Of a DNA stretch of 4,268 nt, positions 1 to 4,268 are shown one piece after another; within the stretch, counting starts at the first letter, position 1; each line of letters begins with the position of its first letter. The notes below the pieces were generated by a model, which was not told where the DNA came from, ran no database searches, and was given only the letters and a program-made list of their open reading frames with translations. Origin of the DNA: a virus. Its lineage: Duplodnaviria; Heunggongvirae; Uroviricota; Caudoviricetes. The stretch lies in IMG/VR virus record IMGVR_UViG_2698536571_000008, one strand, 5' to 3'. The translations under genes were made by a program, and so were the position numbers.

Positions 1-51
1 GGGGAATATCTCCCCGGCAGCCTTCAGGGAAAAATATCATCAGATGGCTGC

Positions 52-405
52 TTAAAAAAAGAACAAATGGTAGTGTCCGCTATTGCCAGTACACCTCAAT
101 TGCTCTGCGGCTTCGCTCAGAGCTGGCGTATGTTCCCGGCCTACTGATTCACACAGGTAATCAACGAAACCGGACACCAGTTTTCGTTCGCGAGGCGTGA
201 TCGCCCCACCGACCGGAGTCCAGTAATCGAAACCCAGTTGCAGGAGTTTGAAAAAACGCTTGTGGAATGCGTAGTTACACACACGCTTAAAGTCTGCGTG
301 TATCCACTCACCTATTTTGATTTGATGCAGAAAATCGCAACTCTCCGGCGTCGCCGGGAGAAGTAATCCGGAAGAGGTTTGTTTGACCAGTTGTATATGT
401 GCCAT
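52..405 (-). CDS. Hypothetical phage protein, about 117 aa from the ATG at 405. The ORF track's 131-aa version starts at a TTG at 447.
   Basis: Open frame 52..447 on the minus strand with TAA stop at 52-54. The internal ATG at 403-405 is preceded by GGAG with a 7-nt spacer (minus strand CCGGAGAAAGCCG-ATG), whereas the TTG at 445-447 has no Shine-Dalgarno. I do not recognise the family. Confidence 0.45.
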   Translation of the reverse strand: MAHIQLVKQTSSGLLLPATPESCDFLHQIKIGEWIHADFKRVCNYAFHKRFFKLLQLGFDYWTPVGGAITPRERKLVSGFVDYLCESVGREHTPALSEAAEQLRCTGNSGHYHLFFF

Positions 406-443
406 CGGCTTTCTCCGGTGGCACGGTGTTACACAGCAGGAGT

Positions 444-731
444 TCAATCCTGCTCAAGATTGTAGATGAGTTTATTCTTCAGCAAAAGCAGAAAACCAGC
501 CTTAAAACCAATCTCTTTCAAAACCCGTAATGATGTGACAAATTCGTCCTCACGCAAAATAAAACCGTCCGTCAGAAGTCCATTACAAAAATAAAATAAC
601 ACAGCACCGCTCTTCCTTTGTTGAGATTGCAAACATCTAATGCGGCAATGGCTGACAATCGCTCCATTCTCAACGCGCACAGCATAGAGGCCATTTTCAC
701 TAAAAATTTCACGCAATTCTTCGATTTTCAT
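444..731 (-). CDS. Hypothetical small phage protein (95 aa)
   Basis: ATG at 729-731 preceded by GGAAGGA with an 8-nt spacer; TGA stop at 444-446. It lies downstream of a predicted promoter and upstream of the ORF at 52-405. No family recognised. Confidence 0.5.
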   Translation of the reverse strand: MKIEELREIFSENGLYAVRVENGAIVSHCRIRCLQSQQRKSGAVLFYFCNGLLTDGFILREDEFVTSLRVLKEIGFKAGFLLLLKNKLIYNLEQD

Positions 732-812
732 CTTCAGAATCCTTCCAGATAAATAGCTCTCCCCTGTTCGGGGTCCATCCCTCTTCTCCCTGCGCGCTAC
801 TTAAGTGAGTCG

Positions 813-840
813 ATTCTATCTGCGAAGGTGCGCGAATCAA
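813..840 (-). promoter_or_regulatory. Putative sigma70-type promoter for the 444..731 gene
   Basis: On the minus strand, -35 TTGATT (840..835) and -10 TAGAAT (818..813) are separated by a 16-nt spacer, about 80 nt upstream of the ATG at 731. The same two hexamers recur at the predicted hok promoter. Confidence 0.35.
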
Positions 841-850
841 ATTCACCGGA

Positions 851-905
851 AATAAACAACAAAAAACCCGCCGAAACGCTGAGAGATCACAGCGATGGGC
901 GGGTT
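851..905 (-). terminator. Rho-independent terminator for the mok/hok transcript
   Basis: Two-tier hairpin: outer stem 865-872 (AACCCGCC) with 898-905 (GGCGGGTT), inner stem 877-881 with 890-894. On the minus strand it is followed by a U-rich tract (TTTTGTTGTTTATT, plus 851-864). It sits about 75 nt downstream of the hok stop. Confidence 0.55.
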
Positions 906-944
906 AAGTGCGGGTGCGTTGAGGATGCCTGACACATCAGAGGT

Positions 945-972
945 GGGCGGGGATGGGATCAGCTCCCCGCCC
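945..972 (-). other. GC-rich perfect 9-bp hairpin 9 nt downstream of the hok stop; possible 3' structural element of the hok mRNA
   Basis: GGGCGGGGA (945-953) and TCCCCGCCC (964-972) are exact reverse complements around a 10-nt loop. No U tract follows on either strand, so it is not called a terminator. Confidence 0.3.
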
Positions 973-980
973 GGTCACTC

Positions 981-1136
981 TTACTTCCTGGATTCGTAGT
1001 CTACGAAGACAGCGACCTCCGTCTGGCCGGTTCGGATTCGTACCTCACAGAGGTCTTTCCTCGTTACCAGTGCCGTCACTATGACGGTTAAACAGATGAC
1101 GATCAGGGCGATTAACATCGCCTTTTGCTGCTTCAT
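981..1136 (-). CDS. hok: Hok/Gef-family type I toxin (51 aa small membrane peptide)
   Basis: Translation MKQQKAMLIALIVICLTVIVTALVTRKDLCEVRIRTGQTEVAVFVDYESRK has the Hok signature: a single transmembrane helix, the TRKDLCEV motif and the conserved C-terminal region. It is very close to E. coli HokC/HokD as I remember them, with a different C-terminal tail. ATG at 1134-1136 is preceded by AGGAG with a 9-nt spacer; TAA stop at 981-983. Confidence 0.85.
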   Translation of the reverse strand: MKQQKAMLIALIVICLTVIVTALVTRKDLCEVRIRTGQTEVAVFVDYESRK

Positions 1137-1193
1137 AGCCTGCTTCTCCTTGCCTTTCGGCATGTAAGAGGCTAACCTACATGTGCAAAGCAT
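981..1193 (-). CDS. mok: Mok-like regulatory reading frame (70 aa): an in-frame N-terminal extension of hok
   Basis: ATG at 1191-1193 is preceded by GAGG with an 8-nt spacer. The N-terminal extension MLCTCRLASYMPKGKEKQA resembles the MokC extension (MLNTCR...KEKRAMKQHKAM) as I recall it, and is in the same frame as hok. Confidence 0.55.
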   Translation of the reverse strand: MLCTCRLASYMPKGKEKQAMKQQKAMLIALIVICLTVIVTALVTRKDLCEVRIRTGQTEVAVFVDYESRK

Positions 1194-1256
1194 GAAATTG
1201 GCCTCAGATTAATGTTAAGCGTCTTGCCGGACGCGTAATGTTAACTGGGGCTTTTC
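1185..1256 (+). ncRNA. sok: Putative Sok-like antisense RNA covering the mok translation-initiation region
   Basis: Inferred from hok/sok locus architecture. Plus-strand candidate promoter: -35 TTGCCT (1150-1155), 17-nt spacer, weak -10 TAACCT (1173-1178). Plus-strand stem 1201-1207 with 1245-1251 (one G-U pair) is followed by TTTT at 1252-1255. The transcript would be about 70 nt and complementary to the mok SD and start. Boundaries are approximate. Confidence 0.3.
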
Positions 1257-1312
1257 TCTATCTGCCTTTTGGTGTTCATGCCTGAAGCAGATAGCCTCAA
1301 GCACCCGCAGTC

Positions 1313-1342
1313 ATTCTACTTACCTCGCCAATATGAAATCAA
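1313..1342 (-). promoter_or_regulatory. Putative sigma70-type promoter for the mok/hok mRNA
   Basis: On the minus strand, -35 TTGATT (1342..1337) and -10 TAGAAT (1318..1313) with an 18-nt spacer. This gives a leader of about 110 nt before the mok ATG, consistent with the long structured leaders of hok mRNAs. Confidence 0.4.
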
Positions 1343-1363
1343 TCAGAAAGGTGCCCCATAAAA

Positions 1364-2050
1364 TCACTCCTTCTCTTCTTTACCGTAGTGGAGTTGACCA
1401 ATTTTGATAAGAGGGCGTCCCTGAGATTTGCGGTGTAGATTGGTATCGCGCAGAGAATACACACAGCCACAATATTCCTGCTGATAGAATTTTTCGCGCT
1501 TGCTGATTTCAATCATACGGGACGAGCCGCCCTGCTTGCGCCAGTTATAATCCCAGTACACCATGCCCGGATAATGCGCGACGGCTCGCCGCCCACAGTC
1601 GTTAACCTGCTGCATATTTTTCCAGCGTGAAATGCCCAGTGAACTGCTGATCACACTGAAACCATTTTCAGCGGCGTACAGCGCTGTCCGCTCAAAACGC
1701 ATGTCAAAACACATGGTGCAACGGATCCCTCGTTCGGGCTCCCATTCCATTCCTTTGGCTCGTTCAAACCAGTTGTCTGTGTCGTAATCAGCATCAATAA
1801 ACGGCACGCCGTGTTGTTCAGCAAAGCGAATATTCTCATCCTTACGAATTAAATACTCTTTCTGAGGATGAATGTTCGGGTTGTAGAAAAAGATGGTGTA
1901 GTCGATTCCCGAGGCCTGAAGCGCCTCCATCACCTCACCGGAACATGGAGCACAGCAAGAGTGCAGTAGTAGTTTGTTTGCCCCGTTTGGGAGCTCCAAT
2001 TTGGGCCGTTTGAAATCAGCAACTGTCATAAATATGTTTATTGGGGTCAT
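1364..2050 (-). CDS. queH: QueH-like epoxyqueuosine reductase homologue (DUF208 family). The 5' end is uncertain: candidate ATGs at 2050 and 2029, or the frame may extend into the N block.
   Basis: Translation carries the DUF208/QueH hallmarks [39 protein letters not shown] and [12 protein letters not shown]. Stop codon at 1364-1366. Neither ATG at 2050 or 2029 has a Shine-Dalgarno, and the frame stays open up to the N block. Confidence 0.75.
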   Translation of the reverse strand: MTPINIFMTVADFKRPKLELPNGANKLLLHSCCAPCSGEVMEALQASGIDYTIFFYNPNIHPQKEYLIRKDENIRFAEQHGVPFIDADYDTDNWFERAKGMEWEPERGIRCTMCFDMRFERTALYAAENGFSVISSSLGISRWKNMQQVNDCGRRAVAHYPGMVYWDYNWRKQGGSSRMIEISKREKFYQQEYCGCVYSLRDTNLHRKSQGRPLIKIGQLHYGKEEKE

Positions 2051-2069
2051 AAAAATATCAAAGAGTGTA

Positions 2070-2263
2070 NNNNNNNNNNNNNNNNNNNNNNNNNNNNNNN
2101 NNNNNNNNNNNNNNNNNNNNNNNNNNNNNNNNNNNNNNNNNNNNNNNNNNNNNNNNNNNNNNNNNNNNNNNNNNNNNNNNNNNNNNNNNNNNNNNNNNNN
2201 NNNNNNNNNNNNNNNNNNNNNNNNNNNNNNNNNNNNNNNNNNNNNNNNNNNNNNNNNNNNNNN
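2070..2263. other. Run of 194 N (masked or unsequenced)
   Basis: Directly visible. ORFs in the track that cross it (poly-X) are uninterpretable there. Confidence 1.
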
Positions 2264-2329
2264 TATTTCCATGCTCCTCTCCTTTGATGCGAATGCCAGC
2301 GGTAATTGAAGCCTGATAGCTAATTTCAT

Positions 2330-2752
2330 TCACAGTATCGCCTCCTGAAAATTACCCTGATAGAAAGCCAGTACACGCTGCATAGCTTCGCTCTTCCGGC
2401 ACTCGCGACAGATTATATTCAGGCGCCTGTCGTAGCGGCGTATTTCTCCGTCAGGTAATGACCAGATAAGGTCCGGATCAACAACAACCGGTTTCCTCAC
2501 CTTTACTCTCGAGAGTTTTTTGCGGGCGCTTTGCCAGTCCTTGCGAGCCTGTTCAGACGGGAATAAGCCGTAGCCAGAATTATATACATCACCACTTGCG
2601 ACCAGTTCTATGCATAAGCGACCGACAGACGCACGACTGATACCTGTTTCATCTGACAACTGCCGAATCGTGACCCGACCGTCCTGATGCACGAGTTCCA
2701 CAATTCGCGTCTTCAGTTCTTCCCGCTGTTCGGGAGTAAAAGGTTTCGCCAT
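2330..2752 (-). CDS. Small winged-helix/HTH DNA-binding protein of the prophage replication module (140 aa)
   Basis: ATG at 2750-2752 is preceded by AGGAGG; TGA stop at 2330-2332. The N-terminal segment RQLSDETGISRASVGRLCIELVASG looks like a helix-turn-helix. It lies 14 nt downstream of the DnaC-like gene. Exact family not recognised. Confidence 0.6.
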   Translation of the reverse strand: MAKPFTPEQREELKTRIVELVHQDGRVTIRQLSDETGISRASVGRLCIELVASGDVYNSGYGLFPSEQARKDWQSARKKLSRVKVRKPVVVDPDLIWSLPDGEIRRYDRRLNIICRECRKSEAMQRVLAFYQGNFQEAIL

Positions 2753-2766
2753 AAATCCTCCTGAAA

Positions 2767-3356
2767 CTACTTAACAACCCTCGAATGGCTAACATTCGGA
2801 CGCCAGCTCTCCCAGTTAAAATTCACCCAGCGCCCGCCGTTCATGACCATGCGATCCATCACCCGCTCGCCGAGCAATGTTTTCATCACCTCATAGTTCA
2901 GGTTTGTCAGCATCCCCACGCTGCGCATCGACGCTGTCCGGCGATCAACAATCTGGTGCAGCACCACCTGCTCGTTTTTCGTCTCGCGCTGAATGCCAAT
3001 TTCATCAAGAACCAGCAGATCCACTTCGCACAGCTCCCGCAAAAATTTTTCGCCTGACTGCCCGTCGTCATAGCTGGCGTGCAGGGCGCTCATAACATCA
3101 GCCACGGTAACCACAATCACTGTCTGACCGTCTTTCAGCAGGCGATTCCCGATAGCTGCCGCTAAGTGATTCTTCCCGGTACCAGGTTTTCCGCTGAACG
3201 CAAAATTTGTACACCCGGTCATCAGTTCATCGGCGATGGATTTCGCCTGGCTTAACGCGTATCGCTGGCCGTCGTTCTGCACCTGGTAATTCGCAAACGA
3301 GCATTTACGGTGCAACGGCTGGATGCCTGAGCGATTCAGAATTTTTTCCACCCGCA
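2767..3356 (-). CDS. DnaC-like helicase loader (AAA+ ATPase, phage P-like/IstB-like), partial: the N-terminal ~55 codons lie in the N block
   Basis: Walker A FSGKPGTGKNHLAAAIG and Walker B LLVLDEIG. Strong resemblance to E. coli DnaC: NRSGIQPLHRKCSFANYQV matches DnaC FNRSGIRPLHQNCSFENYRV, and GERVMDRMVMNGGRWVNFNWESWR is also shared. Stop codon at 2767-2769. The GTG the ORF track uses as a start (3349-3351) aligns to an internal DnaC position. Confidence 0.85.
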
Positions 3357-3560
3357 NNNNNNNNNNNNNNNNNNNNNNNNNNNNNNNNNNNNNNNNNNNN
3401 NNNNNNNNNNNNNNNNNNNNNNNNNNNNNNNNNNNNNNNNNNNNNNNNNNNNNNNNNNNNNNNNNNNNNNNNNNNNNNNNNNNNNNNNNNNNNNNNNNNN
3501 NNNNNNNNNNNNNNNNNNNNNNNNNNNNNNNNNNNNNNNNNNNNNNNNNNNNNNNNNNNN
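3357..3560. other. Run of 204 N (masked or unsequenced), hiding the 3' end of the replication-initiator gene and the 5' end of the DnaC-like gene
   Basis: Directly visible. Confidence 1.
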
Positions 3561-3818
3561 CGCGAACAGGCCCTGGTATTCATTGGCGATGCTGTGTCGA
3601 ATCACCTGCTCAGGTGTAAAACCCTGCTGACGGAATTTTTCCAGTTCCCGTATCGCCCCGTTAGCGCCCTGCTCCGTTCGAATCGGTTTTCGCAATGCCT
3701 GTCTGAACCGGACCCACTCATGCCAGAGTGTTTCCGGCAACCAATCGGGCAGCTCAATAGCCTCCGGCTCGAATTTTTTAGACGCTCGTTTTTGGCGAGG
3801 GGGAGATCAGTATTTAGA

Positions 3819-3863
3819 TCTTCCTCTTCCTCTTCCTCTTCCTCTTCCTCTTCCTCTTCCTCT
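3819..3863. repeat. Perfect hexanucleotide tandem repeat (TCTTCC)7.5, which on the minus strand is (GAGGAA)n encoding Glu14 in the linker frame
   Basis: Seven complete TCTTCC units plus TCT, counted base by base. The plus-strand reading (poly-Ser in ORF 3207..3878) is the antisense artefact. Confidence 0.95.
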
Positions 3864-3966
3864 GGTAACGCTTTTTGATCCGTTTGTGTAACGCTGGCAG
3901 CGTTACCTTTTCGTTTCAGTTCGCGTATTTTTGTTACTCGCTCGTTTGTAACCGCCCGTTTTTTTT
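3864..3966. other. Iteron-like repeat cluster plus T-rich tract inside the replication-initiator linker region; candidate phage replication origin
   Basis: 19-bp palindrome GTAACGCTG-G-CAGCGTTAC (3888-3906). Further GTAAC(G/C)C or GTTAC-containing copies at 3865-3871, 3933-3941 and 3948-3955. Recurring CGTTTGT(G)TAAC at 3881-3892 and 3942-3952. T8 tract at 3959-3966. Confidence 0.3.
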
Positions 3967-4171
3967 AGAGCTTTTTCCGTTATGACGTTCAAAGTTAGGT
4001 AGAGAAAGCCCTCCGTCATTTTCGACCAGCCATCCAACCTGAATTAACGCATCAGCAAAACCAGACATAAAAGTGATGCGATCTATTGCACTTTTTGTAA
4101 CGCCGCGAGCGTTACAATCTGCATTACCGTCTATCATTTGTTGATCCGCCCATGCCCAGAAGCGAATAACC

Positions 4172-4268
4172 TGAGGTAGCCTGAGTTTAACGGACACTCC
4201 TTCCTGAAATAGAATGGCATCAGAAGGAGCTAATAATGAGCAGAAAAACCCAACGTTACTCTAAAGAG
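4172..4268 (+). mobile_element. Left end of an IS3-family insertion sequence (IS600-like), partial; continues beyond the window
   Basis: Terminal sequence TGAGGTAGCCTGAGTTTAACGGACAC starts with TG and has a GGACAC box about 20 nt in, as in IS3-family left inverted repeats. The orfA start lies 64 nt inside the end. The N-terminal peptide MSRKTQRYSKE fits the IS3-family OrfA pattern (basic residues, then Y/F-S-x-E-F-K). Confidence 0.5.
4236..4268 (+). CDS. IS3-family transposase OrfA, first 11 codons only
   Basis: ATG at 4236 is preceded by AAGGAG (4223-4228) with a 7-nt spacer. Translation is MSRKTQRYSKE and the frame is open to the window edge. Confidence 0.45.
   Translation, partial: MSRKTQRYSKE

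Larger units (their letters stand above)
3561..4171 (-). pseudogene. Phage replication initiator (replisome-organiser-like N domain, poly-Glu linker, DnaT-like C-terminal domain), apparently inactivated: 5' end interrupted by the IS and the body split across three frames
   Basis: N-domain frame 4171..3937: VIRFWAWADQQ...ALIQVGWLVENDGGLSLPNFERHNG, then TAA at 3934-3936. Linker frame 3964..3807 (shifted by -1): KKRAVTNERVTKIRELKRKGNAASVTQTDQKALP-(E)14-DLNTDLP. C-domain frame 3806..3561 (shifted by -1 again): PRQKRASKKFEPEAIELPDWLPETLWHEWVRF...EYQGLF, which resembles the DnaT C-terminal region and runs into the N block. The frame switches coincide with an A8 tract (3959-3966) and a C5 tract (3799-3803). 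Confidence 0.6.

Noticed and set aside
1-15. Small hairpin GGGGA-ATATC-TCCCC at the window edge, downstream of the last minus-strand ORF
   Set aside because: It is a 5-bp stem truncated by the window boundary, with no visible U tract, so it cannot be evaluated as a terminator.
981-1193. Treating the 70-aa ORF as the toxin itself
   Set aside because: The Hok family is about 50 aa, and the internal ATG at 1136 has the better RBS and matches the conserved Hok N-terminus (MKQQKAM). The longer frame is better explained as the Mok regulatory frame.
1651-1839. 62-aa minus-strand ORF inside the QueH-like gene
   Set aside because: It is an alternative frame wholly nested in a gene with strong family signatures and has no RBS.
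1974-2333. ORFs crossing the first N block (1974..2309 +, 2058..2333 -, 2065..2316 +)
   Set aside because: They exist only because N translates as X and never yields a stop; there is no real sequence support.
2785-3095. Plus-strand ORFs 2785..3057 and 2877..3095
   Set aside because: Both lie entirely antisense within the well-supported DnaC-like gene, with His/Pro/Ala-rich low-complexity translations and no RBS. Typical shadow ORFs of a GC-biased coding region.
3305-3619. ORFs crossing the second N block (3305..3583 -, 3323..3619 +)
   Set aside because: Same artefact. The 3336..3740 call is partly real (3561-3740 is the DnaT-like domain frame), but its TTG 'start' and its CGWKKF tail across the gap are not.
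3819-3863. Considered whether the perfect short repeats could be a CRISPR array
   Set aside because: They are contiguous 6-bp units with no spacers, inside a coding sequence. This is a microsatellite, not a CRISPR.
3207-3878. Plus-strand 223-aa ORF ending in a poly-Ser tail
   Set aside because: It is antisense to the DnaC-like and replication genes, crosses the N block, and its poly-Ser is the opposite-strand reading of the (GAGGAA)n repeat. It is an artefact of the repeat and the mask.
4198-4220. ATG at 4218-4220 on the minus strand as an alternative upstream start for the replication gene
   Set aside because: It is in a different frame from the N-domain ORF, terminates after about 26 codons, and lies inside the presumed IS end.

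Overview
This window reads as a decayed lambdoid-type prophage segment from an Enterobacteriaceae genome (E. coli/Shigella-like). Almost everything is coded on the minus strand, so the biological order runs right to left. At the right edge (4172-4268) is the left end of an IS3-family insertion sequence on the plus strand, with the start of its orfA. It abuts a phage replication-initiator gene that is 5'-truncated and broken into three reading frames at two homopolymer tracts; this gene carries a (TCTTCC)7.5 repeat encoding poly-Glu and iteron-like repeats that may be an embedded origin. Downstream follow a DnaC-like helicase loader (N-terminus hidden in N block 3357-3560), a small winged-helix protein, a QueH-like (DUF208) epoxyqueuosine reductase homologue (upstream region hidden in N block 2070-2263), a mok/hok type I toxin locus with predicted promoter, Sok-like antisense RNA and terminator, and two small hypothetical proteins. 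No tRNA, rRNA or CRISPR array is visible. All family assignments are from motif recognition by eye; no database search was run.
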